From the human T2T-CHM13v2.0 reference genome, Homo sapiens, in assembly GCF_009914755.1 (NCBI RefSeq), contig NC_060926.1: DNA of 64,000 nt. One strand, given 5' to 3'. The translations under genes and the position numbers were made by a program. The notes beneath the pieces were generated by a model. The model was given only the letters and a program-made list of their open reading frames with translations. It was not told where the DNA came from and ran no database searches. Position 1 is the first letter of the stretch, and every line of letters begins with the position of its first letter. Shown here piece by piece: positions 44,249 to 58,448 of the stretch.

Positions 44249-46128
44249 TTCAGTAGCTCTCCTATACACCAACAGCCACCAAGCAGACAGTCAAATCAGG
44301 AACTCAACCTCTTTTACAATAGCTGCAAAAAAAAAGTAAAATACTTAGGAATATACCTAACCAAGGAGGCTAAAGACCTCTACAAGGAAAACTACAAAAC
44401 ACTGCTGAAAGAAATCACAGATGACACAAACAAATGGAAACACATCCCATGCTCATGGATGGGTAGCATCAATATTGTTAAAATGACCATACTGCCAAAA
44501 GCAATTTACAAATTCAACGCAATCCCCATCAAAATACCACCATCATTCTTCACAGAATTAGAAAAAAAATTCTAAAATTCATATGGAACCAAAAAAGAGC
44601 CCACATAGCCAAAGCAAGACTAAGTAAAAAGAACAAATCTGGAGGCATCACACTACCTGATTTCAAACTATACTATAAGGCCGTAGTCACCAAAACAGCA
44701 TGGTACTGGTATAAAAATAGGCACATAGACCAATGGAACAGAATAGAGAACCCAGAAATAAACCCAAATACTTACAGCCAACTGATCTTCAACAAAGCAA
44801 ACAAAAACATAAAATGGGGAAAAGACCCCCTTTTCAACAAGTGGTGCTGGGATAACTGGCTAGCCAGATGTAGGAGAATGAAACTGGATCCTCATCTCTC
44901 GCCTTATACAAAAATCAACTCAAGATGGATTAAGGACTTAAATCTAAGACCTGAAACTATAAAAATTCTAGAAGACAACATTGGAAAAACCCTTCTAGAC
45001 ATTGGCTTAGGCAAGGATTTCATGAACAAGAACCCAAAAGCAAATGCAATAAAAACAGTGATAAACAGCTGGGACTTAATTAAACTAAAGAGCTTTTGCA
45101 CGGCAAAAGGAACAGTCGGCACAGTAAACAGACAACCCACAGAGTGGGAGAAAATCTTCACAGTCTATACATCTGACAAAGGATTAATATCTAGAATCTA
45201 CAACAAACAAACAAATCAGTGAGAAAAAAACAAACAATCCCATAAAAAAGTGGGCTAAGGACATGAATAGACAATTCTCAAAAGATGTTATACAAATGGC
45301 CAACAAACATATGAAAAAATGCTCAACATCACTAATGATCAGGGAAATGCAAATCAAAACCACAATGTGATGCTACCTTACTCCTGCAAGAATGGCCATA
45401 ATCAAAAAATCAAAAAACAGTAGATGTTGGCATGGATGTGGTGATCAGGGAACACTTCCACACTGCTGGTGGGAATGTAAACTGGTACAGCCACTATAGA
45501 AAACAGTGTGGAGATTCCTTAAATAACTAAAAGTAGAGCTACTATTTGATCCTGCAATCCCACTACTGGGTATCTACCCAGAGGAAAAGAAGTCGTTATA
45601 CGAAAAAGATACTTGCACATGCATGTTTATAGCAGCACAATTCACAACTGCAAAATCGTGGAACCAACCCAAATGTCCATCAATCAACAAGTGGATAAAG
45701 AAACTGTGATTGATATATATAAATAAATATATATATAAATATATATATATATATAATGGAATACTACTCAGCCATAAAAAGGAATGAATTAACGACATTT
45801 GCAGTGACCTGGATAAGACTGGGGATTATTGTTCTAAGTGAAGTAACTCAGGAATGGAAAATCAAACACCATATGTTCTCACAGATATGTGGGAGCTAAG
45901 CTGTGAGGACAAAAAGGCATAAGAATGATACAATGGACTTTGGGGACTTGGGGGGAAGGGTGGGAGGGTGGCAAGGGATAAAAGACTACAAATAGGGTAC
46001 TGTGGATACTGCTCAGGTGATGAGTGCACAAAATCTCACAAATCACCACTAAAGAACTGACTCATGTAACCAAACACCACCTGTACCCCAATAACCTATG
46101 GAAAAATAAAAACAAATAAACAGAGAAA
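44249..46128 (+). mobile_element. 5'-truncated L1PB (L1PB1-like): ORF2 C-terminal remnant plus 3' UTR
   Basis: ORF 44878..45222 [28 protein letters not shown] is L1 ORF2p; L1PB-type 3' UTR; TSD AAAARTGAACTAGACCA at 44232-44248 and 46129-46145. Confidence 0.93.
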
Positions 46129-47039
46129 AAAAGTGAACTAGACCAATGTTTCCACAAACCTATCCTATAGGCTTTAATCCCAACCAAACTCCAGGTTGAT
46201 TAAGGACATTCCAAGTCTCAAAGTAATTCCTCTGTACTCAGGCAGGCGAAAAACAAAAACAAGCTCACTGTATCTATTCTGATAGCACCTAATTTGCATC
46301 TGCTCCAGAATAATGGTGGTCTCTGATAAATAAGCTGCATTATTCCCCAGGATACCTCAGAAGATAGCAGGTCTTCTGACACCAGGCCTGGGGGCTTCTC
46401 TTTATAAACTCAACTTGTCTCCTTCCAAGAGATACAGGACCTCCAGACTGAACTTGCAGACTGAACTTGGGTACCAAGGCTTCTAGAACTTTTTAATTTA
46501 TAGATAGATAACAATTTACGGAACTGCCAAGGCCTTCCAGGAAGTCTGAATTCTACTCTCCTGGCTACAGATTTACTAACCGTCTATTCCTCTTCCTTAT
46601 TCATCCCCCTAACCACATCTCTCCTACCTTTAAAATTTCATCAGTACTCTTCTCAGTTTTTGCATAAAACTGTATCCTTTACTCCTATCTAGTTAAACTT
46701 TGCTGTTTGATAAACAAGTTATTATTTCTTCCCAAGTAAGTATGTAATAAAATTAGAACTTTAGATAAAAATGTGTTCCCTGTTCACAAATATTTACATT
46801 TTAAGCAGTTTTTTTCTGACTAGTATTTACCAGTCTTACATAGCAAGGAAATCATCATTAATAAATGTAACACCATTTCTTAATATTAATGTTAAGCATA
46901 TTATATTTTCTTAAACATTAAAGGTTGTTAACTAATAGTATCTCATTACTTTACTATGAAAACATTGGTAATTCTGCAAATTCACTGTCCATTTACAATC
47001 CATGTGAATTATTTTAGCAGGCACATTAAATTCACAAAA

Positions 47040-47700
47040 GAATGATAAATATCTGAAAACTGCATATCCTCATTAATCATCAAGGAAATACAAACCAAAT
47101 CAAGGTGAAACCATTTTTACCTGCAAAGTTGAAACAGTTTTTTTCAATTAGTTGGAAAGGTAATATTCAATACCAGTGACAGTGGTATTAGGTGACAGTG
47201 GTGTCTCCCAGGCAGCTTGAGGAAGTGTAAATCAGAAGAAACTTCCTAAAAACAATTTTGTATTTTGTAGAACATTTTCAGAATCTTTAAAAAGAACACT
47301 TTACTTCGATAATGTCCTCCTAGGAATCTGACCAAAGAAAACTGTCAGAAATGCTCAGGTTTATGTGTATGAATTTCCATCAGAGAATTGTATGTAAGAG
47401 GGGCAAACTAGAAGAAACCTAACATGTAATAATCAGAAAATAATTAAAACATTATGTAGCTATTAATACTCATGTACCTCAATAATATTTAATGACACAG
47501 GAAAGGCTCATAATGTAATGTTAAATGGGAAAAATCACATAATAATATAAAATGTTTACATTATATAAATGGATAGTGTGCATATACATATATATATGAA
47601 TATATCCATAAAATAAAATCTAAAAGACCACTAAGATGTTAACAGTGGCTATTCTTGAGACACAGAAGAAATAAAATTTTATTTTTCCATTTTCTGTTCT
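47040..47700 (+). mobile_element. Old L1ME-like fragment
   Basis: ctcattaatcatcaaggaaatacaaac, cctcctaggaatctgaccaaagaaa motifs. Confidence 0.55.
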
Positions 47701-48140
47701 TACTATTTTTGAATGTTTTATATTAAACATTTATTATTCCTTATACCTATTAGGATGGCTACTCTCAAAAAACAGAAAATAACAAGCATTGGTGAGGATG
47801 TGGAGATATTGCAAAGAAACCCTTGAGCACTGCTGATGGAAATACAAAGTGGGCACAACTACTGTGCAAAACAGCATGGGAGGTTCCTCAAAAAATTAAA
47901 AGTAGAATTATAATATGATTCAATAATCCTCCTTCTGGGTATATATCCAAAAGAACTGAGAGCGGGGTCTTGGAGAGATATCTACACCCCCACGTCCACA
48001 GCAGCATAACGCACAGTAACCAAGAGGGGGAAACAACTCAAGCGTTTATCAGTGGATGAACAGATTTTTAAAGTGTGCACACTCATAGAATGGAATATTA
48101 TTCAACCTTAAGAAGAAAGAAAATCCTAATATGTGGTCAA

Positions 48141-48531
48141 TGTGACAGGCTGAACTATGTCCCCTCAAAAGCCATATGTTGAAGCCCTAACCTCCAGTAT
48201 CTACTGTATTTGGAGACAGGGTCCCTAAAGAGGTGTTTAAGTTAAAATTGGGTCATTAGGGTGGGCCCTAACCCAATCTGACTGGTGTCCTTATAAGAGG
48301 AGGAAACTGAGACAGACATAGAGGGGCAACAGGGATGCTTGGGCAGAGGAGAAAGGTCACATGAAAAGGCAGCAAGAGGCCATCTGCAGCCAGGGACAGA
48401 GGCCTCAGAGAAAACTGGCCACCACCTTGATCATGGAATTCCAGCCTCCAGAATGGTGAGAAGATAAGTTTCTGCTGTCTAAGCCACCCGGTCGGTGGCA
48501 TTTTGTGAGGGCATCCCTAGCAACTAACGCA
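48141..48531 (+). mobile_element. MLT1B-like MaLR LTR nested in L1MB
   Basis: TG...CA termini; gtcattagggtgggccctaacccaatctgactggtgtccttataaga; ttccagcctccagaa. Confidence 0.85.
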
Positions 48532-48806
48532 TACAACACGGATGGGCCTTCAGGATATGATGCTGAGTGAAATAAGCCAGTCACAAAGAGATAAATGCTG
48601 TGTGATTCCACTGGCAAGAGGAACCTAGGGTAGTCAAATTCATTGAGACAGAAAGTAGAAGGACGGCCACTAGGGGATGCAGGGAGTGGGAAAACAGCGT
48701 TTGTTGTTTAATAGATATAATTTCAGTTTTGCAAAATGAAGAGAGATTGGTTGCACAACAATATGAATGTGCTTAACGCTACTGAACTATATACTTAAAA
48801 GTAACT

Positions 48807-49117
48807 GGTTGGGCACAGTGGCTCATGCCTGTAATCTGAGAACTTTGGGAGACCAAGGCAGGTAGACTGCTTGAGCCTGGGAGTTTCAGACCAGCCTGAG
48901 CAACATGGCGAAACGCTGACTCTACTAAAAATACAGAATAATTAGCCAGGCATGGTGGTATGTGCCTGTAGTCCCAGCTACTCAGTAGGCTGAGGTGGGA
49001 AGATCACCTGAGCCTGAGTGGTCGAGGCTGCAGTGAGCTGAGATCATGCCACTGCACGCCATCCTGGGCGAGAGAGCAAGACTGTCTCAAAATAATAATA
49101 ATAATAATAATAATAAT
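48807..49117 (+). mobile_element. AluJ with (AAT)n tail
   Basis: ctgcttgagcc and ggtcgaggctgcagtgagc J diagnostics. Confidence 0.88.
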
Positions 49118-49324
49118 GATAAGATGATAAACTTCTTGTTATATATATTTACCACAATTTTTTAAAAGTAGACTTGAGCCTTAAAAATTGTTTCACAATG
49201 ATACATGTTGACACATTTCATTAATATTTCAGATAAAACACCATGTAATTTTCCTCACTAGCTATCAGTAGCAAAATGACAGTATTCTAGAAGTTTACCT
49301 CAATTTTACAATAAGATTTGTCAT

Positions 49325-51150
49325 TAGGGAGTTGCAAAATAAAACAACGAGATACCGCTACACACCTATTGTGATGGCTAAAATCCAAAAAGCTAATGTA
49401 CAGCTTTTGGGAAAGATGCAGAGCTGGCTGGAATATAAGCAGCTGGATATGGCGGCTTAGGAAGATAGTTTGGCAAGTTCTTAGAAACTAAACATAGTCC
49501 CACCATGCAATCCAGCAATCAAGCTCCTAGATATCTACCCAATTAATCTGAAAATGTACGTCCATATAAAAATCTACATGCAAATGTTTATAGAGATTTA
49601 TTCATAATCACCAAAATCTGAAAGCAATCAAGATGCACTTCAATAGATGAACCATTGGTGGTATATCCATAATGGAATATTATTCAGCAATGAAAAGAAA
49701 TGAGGTATCAAGTCACAAAAATACACAGATGAATCCTAAATGCATATTGTTAAATGAAAGAGGCCACCCTGTAAAGCTACATATTGGATGATTCCAATTA
49801 TACGACATGCTGAGAAAAGCTAAATATAGAGTAGTTTCCAGGTTGGGGACAGGAAGGTAGAGAAGGTTGAATGTAGAGTACAGGAGATTTTTTAGGGCAG
49901 TGAAACTATTCTGTATGATACTGTAATGATGAATACAAGAAATTAAGCATTGGTCAAAATTCATAGAACTTTATAAACACAAAGAGTAAACCTTAAATCT
50001 CATTCAGGAGATTAGGGAAATCCCAGGAAGAAAAGCAGAATGAGATTATACATATGCATTTTAAATGTATTTTAAAAACCTCACTTAACAGTATGAGGAA
50101 ATAAAATGCTGACCCAAATAATAACTTTAGAAATAAGTGGAGTCTGTAAAAAAAAGACAAAAGGAACTTCATATAAATATCATACTCTAGTTGATAAAGC
50201 TGTTTCCCGATGGAAGTACAGGATGATAATGCTGAAACTGCTATACATGCATACTGGAATTAAAGATGTAAGTAAATAGATGGTGAATAATGGAACCAAG
50301 ATTTCTCAATGTTGAAGTGGGTGGGATTACACATATGCAACGGAAGGAAGTTAGAATGATCCATGTGATAAATGGATTAGAGCTGGAGACATCAGGATGA
50401 ACTCAGTAGCATATGTATTAGCTTACTGTAGATATAGAGGGTTACATATAGAAATGTATACATACACACAGAGAGATTAGTATACACACATGTATTTCCT
50501 TGCCCTGTAGCTGAGTGACCCTACACCCAGTAGCAATGAGTACACCTAGCATCCTGATCTTCATTTCTAATAGAACCAGGGCCACTTGGAAAAATGGCTG
50601 ATTCTAGGACTGGGGCAAAAAATATACAAAATAGGTCTGAAGCACCTTGTAGTGCAGAAAGCAAGAAAATGCTCACAACAACAATAACACAATAATGGGT
50701 ATGTATCAAAGGGTTACAGGAGGCAATTGAAAGAGTTTCCAGTGGCTAAAGCCAGAGTAATTTGAGCAACACAATAAAGTAGTATTGGCTTATCACCTGA
50801 AGTATAAAACAAATATCCATGAGTCCACACGGTAAATAAATAAATGGGGAATAGCTGAATCACCCATGTGGAAGAATTCCAAATAATTTATGTAGATATT
50901 CCAAGCTTAAGGAGGTGAAGCATAGCGCTGCACTCTTTAAGAATTACAGCTATATGCAACAACATCAATCTCACAAACATAATATTGAGTGTTACATATT
51001 GAAAGTATGTCATATTGAAAGAAGCAACACAGAGAAGAATACCTACTATATAACTCTGTGTCTATAATGTACCAAACAAGTAGACTTATAGTCTTGGAAT
51101 TCAGCATATAGTTACCTCTAGAGAAAAGGGAAAGGGTAATGATTAGAAGT
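49325..51150 (+). mobile_element. L1MC/L1M-type 3' region fragments
   Basis: gataccgctacacacctatt, ttttagggcagtgaaactattctgtatgatactgtaatg, ccagggccacttggaaaaatggctgattctaggactggggca. Confidence 0.7.
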
Positions 51151-51162
51151 ATGCCTGAGAGA

Positions 51163-51458
51163 GGCCAGGTATGGTGGCTCACGCCTGTAATCCTAGCACT
51201 TTGGGTGGGACAAGGCAGGTGGATTACGAGGTCAGGAGATCAAGACCATCCCAGCCAACATGGTGAAACCCCGTCTCTACTAAAAATACAAAACAAATTA
51301 GCCAGGTGTGGTGGCGGGCACCTGTAGTCCCAGCTACTCAGGAGGCTGAGGCAGGAAAATCACTTGAACCCAGGAGGCGGAGGCTGCAGTGAGCCGAGAC
51401 TGCGCCACTGCACTACAGCCTGGGCAACAGAGTGAGACTCTGTCTCAAAAAAAAAAAA
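51163..51458 (+). mobile_element. AluSc-like
   Basis: gattacgaggtcaggagatcaagaccatcc; TSD AAGTATGCCYRAGAGA on both sides. Confidence 0.92.
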
Positions 51459-51609
51459 AAGTATGCCCAAGAGAGATTCTGGGATTCTAGCTGTGCTCTG
51501 TTAAACTTGATCACTGATCTAAGTTCTGTCGAAGTTCTCAAAGTTATAACCAATTCAATGAATTGTGTACCTCACACTGTATACAAACCAACTTCAGTTC
51601 AGAAAAAGA

Positions 51610-52080
51610 AAATATGAACTTAATTTTGATGTAATGAAGATATCTAGTACAATTTTTTTCACATGGTGATCCAATTGACCCACTAATGGTTAAACAGATC
51701 ATTATTTTCCCACTGCTCCGCGGTGCCAATTTTTGTCAAAAGTTATGTCTTCATATATGCTTGGTTCTGTTCCTGGACTGACTTTTCAATTCCATGTGTA
51801 TATTTGCCTATCCCTGCATCAACACTGTGTGTCTTAATTACTATAAATTTATAGCTTACTTATCTACCTATTTACTATAAGTAATAAGAAAAATTATTTA
51901 TTATAAGTAATGAGTAATTACCATAAGTAGTAAGTAATAATTACTATAGATTTAAGTCTTGATGTCAGTAGAGTAAGTCCAACAACCTTATTCTTTTTCA
52001 AGATTGGCTTGTTATGCCTTATCCTCTGTACTTTTCATACATGTTTTGGAATCAGCTTGCCAATTTCCACATACAATTTT
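51610..52080 (-). mobile_element. Old L1M ORF2 fragment, reverse orientation
   Basis: ttggttctgttcctggact, gtgtcttaattactata, ttattctttttcaagattggctt. Confidence 0.65.
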
Positions 52081-54574
52081 GTACACAACTGTTGGAAACT
52101 AGTTTGGGAGCAAGTACGTCACATCCTTGCATATGCCATACCCATATTTCCTTCCTTGCCAAATCTGGAAGCATGGAGATGGAGTTTCTCTTTGCCTGAG
52201 TCCCTGAGTGAGGCCAATGTTGCAAAGAGCCTTCACCCCCATCAACACATTACAAACATACAGGGTTAGCAAGAAATAAACCTCATTATTAAAAAAAATT
52301 AAATTATATGGCCCTAAAACTTTAGGTAAGAGGAAGCATTAAAAGAGAAAGATTTGAGATTAACTGTGGATTTATTTTAAATATCTGAGCTATGATAAGC
52401 TTATATGCACACATACACTCATAAACACAAATGTGGGATACGTGAATCGTTACTTCTATATGAAACATCTGAGTTACTTGCAACTCTCTGAAATTAACTC
52501 AAACCATTTACCAGATGGTAAATTCTGGAGATAAATTTAAAATATGCAAAACAATGCTATCTGACATTTCTATGAAACACAGAGTACCTAATTGTAACTT
52601 AACATTTTAATTTTGGGAAGAGGAAACAATATAGAATTTTTATTTCTAATATTAGCTTTGAATGATAATCAATTCTGATTTGCAAAACGGTCTATGTTTT
52701 GTTAACAAATCAGCATTTCCCACTTGCTGTTTTTATTGGACAATAAAAGCCATATGGGCTAAGAATTCATCACGATTAATAAAAAAGATGCAAATTCTTA
52801 TAATACAATGTTCCACATAACTTTATAAGAACCTCTGCAACAGCTTTTGTGTATATCAAATTAAAATTTACTATATAATAAAATTATGTAGTAATAATTT
52901 TCAACCTCTAACTAAAGTCATATGATTCTTCAACATTTATCCACTGCTACACCACAGTACATAAATCATGCAGGCTAATTCTCACAATACATATTATATA
53001 GGGCACAGAATTATTTTGATTTAATTCTCAATAAGAACCGAAGCAGTAACTTGTTATTTTAGACTGGCAAATCAATAGCAAATGCTTGTTCTAAGATTGG
53101 TTATCACTCCAGTCATGCAAGTAGCTTAAAAACTGACATATTAGCATTGACAAAAGGATTGCTCTATTTGTTTTCCAAAGGCTTTCCCGCATGACTCTAT
53201 ACTTAGTTTTATGCCAAAGAAAATCAATCTCTTTATTCAACTTGTCAATCAGAAAACACATGTAGAAACAATTATTTTATTGCAACACATAAAAGTACAC
53301 TGAATCATATAGGATGAAATAGAAATAAAATGCCAAAGTATTAACATGCCTGTAAACAGAATTAAGACTTAAATGCAAAAATAAAATTAAATATAGAAAT
53401 TAAACCTAAAGGATAAAAATCAGTTGAATAGACTTACTCCAATCCTCAGTTTTCAAATACACCAATCTCTTTTCATTTCAGAATTTTAAAAACTCATTAG
53501 AAGGACTAGCTTCTTCCAACACAATGGAAGTCCATAAAAACCTAATTTTCCCTTTTTTTTTTTAATCTGCAAAAACTAAGCTTTCTAGACAGATGATAAT
53601 GCTGGCACATTTATATCAGAATATCAATGAAGAAAACATTTCTCTTTACAACAAGGATTTTGAGTGATTCTAAATTACACTTTACATAACAAAGAACCAA
53701 GAAATACAGATGCCTGGCTTTTGATCTAGTGCCTATAAAAAGAGCCCCAGAAAGGTCTACATGGAATACCAAGGTAGAAAGCAACATAATACACAAGATC
53801 TAATGATCACCTAAGTTCCCCCGGTTCCATCAAGGTCACTCAAGTTCACATGCATGAAGTATTCAATGTCATTCACATTAACTGCCTCATGTAAATTTTC
53901 CTTTGTTTTAATGGATGAGTATTGTAGGGCCTGGTTGTAAAATATGAAGTCTGACCTAGGAAAGGAGTCAAATCTTTGTCCCAGTGTCCATTCCCCTGGG
54001 GATCCTCATGTCCCCAGACTTCAGCTCCCTGTATCCTCAAGGCCACCAAGGAGGCAGCACACCACTTCACACCACCACATCATAAACAATACACCTGTCC
54101 AACCATGGCTCTCTCTGCTATGGCTACAATCAACTGCCTCCATTTAAATTTTAGTCTCTGGGCACCTGTGGAATCACACAGATGCACAAAGTGGCACATG
54201 CTTTGAAGACGCTCAGGCCAAGACATAACCTCACTTTACACCAACTCTGTCAAAACAAGGCTGCTTATGAAGCATATTTCACTCAAGTATTAGCATCCTA
54301 CATGGAGCCTTTTATTATGCTAAAGAAATCGTCACTGACTTAGACAACACTTGTCCCTATCCAAGAATACTGTTGGTGTGCAAGGAGCTTCCAAGGGTGA
54401 ATAGATCACATTTACTCAACAGGAGTAAGCAGACATCCCAATGATGAACAAAAATGATTGCTGCAGACTATGATGACTAAGGAAGACCATCAAATTCTTA
54501 TAGCTGAAGCAACCTACTAACTTTTTTGATCAGCCTTAGCGAAGAAGCACATGGGAGCAGACACCACAAAGTAT

Positions 54575-54930
54575 GGTGTAGCAGAAAGAGCATTACTTGG
54601 AGTCCACAATACGGGCTTTATTTCCAGCTCTGCCTTTTAGTTTACTTAAGCATTTGAAGAGCAAAAACCTTCTTTTCATCTATATATCCTCAGTACCTAG
54701 CAGTGTTTGCAAAACTGTGAACCCTCGATGAGTATTTGTTCAATGAAAGAACAAGAGAATATATAGGATGTATGTGATCTTAAGCACTTAACATCTTTGG
54801 GTTTAAGTTTCCAAATCTTTAAAAATGGGGACATAGTAAGGCAATGCATGCCTTTTACACTGGGTTGCTGAAAGAACCAAGCAAACTAGCAGATATGAAA
54901 GTTATCTGTTAATCATAAAGTCTGTTACAA
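54575..54930 (+). mobile_element. MIR, apparently interrupted by an L2 3' fragment
   Basis: tggtgtagcagaaagagca...ttccagctctgcc and tttaagtttccaaatctttaaaaatgggg. Confidence 0.55.
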
Positions 54931-56409
54931 TAGTACACTGCAAGTAAAGAAGCATTCTTTGAATTGGGGGTGGTGGAAGCAATGAGGCTACTTCAAGGAA
55001 TATGGCCTTGAAAAGCCCAGATTTCTCCTCTGTCCCTTGAATCCTTTAATCTACCTCTTGGCTTAAAAGGGTGTTCAACTCACTGAGAGAGAAAATTGAT
55101 ATGGTTCTAATCAAAACCAAAAATGTGTGCCAAGCTCTGAAAAATACAGTGCTAAAAAAAAAAAAAAAAAAAAAAAAAAACAACTTTCTCAAAGTCTTTC
55201 CTGGCAACAGTCACCCTCATGAATTTCCCCACTAACACAATGGCACCACCCTGCTCACAATGTGCCAGCCCTTTCCCAGCCACCCCAGGTCCTTCTACTT
55301 AATAATCCTAGCATTGCCCACACGTTACCCTAGCACCCATTAGTATCCTACCAACTTTTCTAAAACCTAACTTCATATAATTACAAATCCATGAAGAAAA
55401 GTGGGCGCTTCAATCAACTTACTTTTAGATTTCAGAATAACAGGTAAAATATTTGGGAAAAAATACATTTTATTCCTACCTTGCATTTAAAAAAATGAAT
55501 TCCAATAAATTAAAGAATAATTATTTTTAAATGAAGCCATTAAAAAACAAGAAAGAAAGGCAGGGGCTGGCATTTCTTAATCATTAAAGCAATGAGAGAG
55601 AATGTAAAAAAATGGACATATTTGATCATGCAATCATATACACATAACCACAAAGTTACAAAATTAAAGATAAACTAGGAAAAAGATATGTGACATATAA
55701 GAGAAGGGGCAGTAGTCTCATGATATATATAAAGAGCTCTTACAAATGAAAATGGTTGAAAATCAGAGAAATATGAGTTGGGACATGAGGTGGGGGTGAA
55801 GAGGGAGAGAAAGTAGTCAAACAAGTACAAAAGCAGCAGCCTACTCCAAACAGAAAAAAAAAAAAAAGAAAAGAAAAAAACAAAAACAAATAAGGAAATA
55901 CCATTTTTACCTACCAAATAGGCAAAGAACTAAAAAGTGTAACCCTCAATAACCTACAGACAGCTGTGCAGAGCGGCAGGAGGTCTCATGCGCTCCTGGT
56001 GACAGCCAAACAGGTAAAATCCTTCTGGAGGGAAACTTGGCAATATATCAAAAGCGTTCTGAAAGCTCACGTCCTCTAATCAGTAATTCTATTGTTAAAA
56101 ACTGTTACTAAGAAAATTAACAGCAATGTGTGCAATGATTTCTGCACAAGAATGTTCACCATAGCACATGTTCATGTAACAGCCAAAATATTAGAAGAAA
56201 AAAATCTCAAGGTCCAAGAATAAACAAGTTATGGTATATTTATGTAATGTAGTTTACAAATGTGTTTTCAAGAAAAATATGGTATTTAATAATAGATGTT
56301 TACAATACTAGTGAAAATGTAAGATTCAAAACTATACAGGGTATGATCTGAACATGTGTGAAAGGCCCAAATAGGAATACACATATTTTATACATACATA
56401 TATGGGGGG

Positions 56410-56770
56410 TATATTTATTTCATATATATTTATTTATTTATATATAAATATATATTTATATTTTATATATTATTTATATATAAATATATATTTATATTTT
56501 ATATATTATTTATATATAAATATATATTTATATTTTATATATTATTTATATATAAATATATATTTATATTTTATATATTATATATTTATATATTATATAT
56601 ATTTATATTAATTTGTGTATAATATATATTATTAAATATAATAAATATATTTATTTTTATATATTATATAAAAATATATAATATATAAAATATATAAAAA
56701 TTAATCTATATCTATTTACATATAAACATATATAATATATAAATATATGTGGGTGTGTATATATATATAT
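56410..56770. repeat. AT-only low-complexity tract containing four perfect copies of a 36-bp unit (56435-56578)
   Basis: TATTTATATATAAATATATATTTATATTTTATATAT starts at 56435, 56471, 56507, 56543. Confidence 0.93.
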
Positions 56771-57596
56771 CAGCGAGAAGGTCAAGGACAGTAGTCTCAA
56801 CTTCAACCTTGAGTGTTTTTGTGTTTTTAATTTTGTTTTGGAATTATTGGATTTGGATCTCTGCAGACTCTGAAATGACGATGGGTAAAAGAAAAATTTT
56901 CAAGGTCAATTATTATTTCAAATTAGAAAACTCTAGGCTTTATTTCTTTGTACCTGGGAAGTCCTCATCAAGCCATTAAGGGAAGAGGAGAGGGTGAAGA
57001 CACTGCAGCCATCAGTCCCCTGCAATGAAGTCTAAGACAGAAGGATCTGCAGGAGACGCCCAAGGACACCTCAGCTGGGCTGGCACATCTAAGCCCCGCC
57101 CGCTTCCCCACCACTCTAAGGGCTAAAGTCGCTGTCTGGTCTTACTCCCGCAGATTAAAACCACATGAGCCACCTGGACCCCAACCCCATTCACTTTGGG
57201 ATTCCAGCCTTCCAGCAACAATCAAGTTGTCTTATATTTTCCTCAAATTAAAAAAAAAAAAGGGCTCATTTATAAAAAAGAGAAGGGCTGCTCTGATCAA
57301 AAAGTGTTTTACAGAAAGACAAAGAGTGAACAATCTCAACCATTTTGTGAGCTAATAACACAAAGAGAGCTTTGATTTTATTTCTCATATATTTTATAAA
57401 CACAGGAGAGGGTGGGTAAAAGACATCATGTGGCTTGCAGTTGAGGGGACAGAGGCTGGGCACGGGTCCAAAATCTCCCCATGATGTTACCTGTGACACA
57501 TACATGCACAAAAAGTCTGCCACATAACGAAGCATTTAAATAAATTAATTTGTATCTAAGGGTCATGGGACTATGCAGCATATTTATTTTCTTCTT

Positions 57597-58005
<409 letters not shown>

Positions 58006-58151
58006 TGAAATACCAACTTCACTATATCTCTTTCATCCTCAAAAATCTACAATGGCTTCCCCAATAGCTATCTTATCGAATTCACAGTCCTTCAAGTGTT
58101 TTCTACCAGACCTGATGTCCAGAATTTTGGCATAACATAAAAGGTCCCCTT

Positions 58152-58448
58152 GGGCAGCGCACAGTGGCTCTGGCCTATAGACTCAGGGCTTTAGGAGACC
58201 TAGACAGGAGGATTGCTTGAGCCTAGGTGGTCGAGATCAACCTGGGCAACACAGTGAGACCCCATCTTTACAAAAATTAAAAAACTAGCCAGGTGTGGTG
58301 GCTTGTGCCTCTAGTGTCTGCTACTTGCGAGGCTGAGGCAAGAAGATCACTTGAGCCCAGGAGTCAAGGCTGCAATGAGCTATGATGGCACCACTGCACT
58401 CTAGCCTGGAAGGCAAAGGGAGAACTCCTCTCTAAAAAAAAACAAAAA
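58152..58448 (+). mobile_element. Diverged AluJ
   Basis: ggattgcttgagccta, cacttgagcccaggag, gagctatgatggcaccactgcac. Confidence 0.88.

Larger units (their letters stand above)
47742..49165 (+). mobile_element. L1MB-like 3' end interrupted by an MLT1 LTR and an Alu
   Basis: aaaacagaaaataacaagcattggtgaggatgtggaga...gttgcacaacaatatgaatgtgcttaacgctactgaact; text resumes after each insert. Confidence 0.8.

Noticed and set aside
44878-45222. 114-aa ORF resembling a real protein
   Set aside because: Remnant of L1 ORF2p in a 5'-truncated, frameshifted L1PB; not a host gene or active element
46444-46469. 13-bp tandem duplication CAGACTGAACTTG x2 (similar small duplications at 12557-12608 and 17369-17406)
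   Set aside because: Ordinary slippage duplications with no spacer structure; not CRISPR-like
55154-55180. Isolated A27 run
   Set aside because: No attached retrocopy body or clear TSD; simple homopolymer
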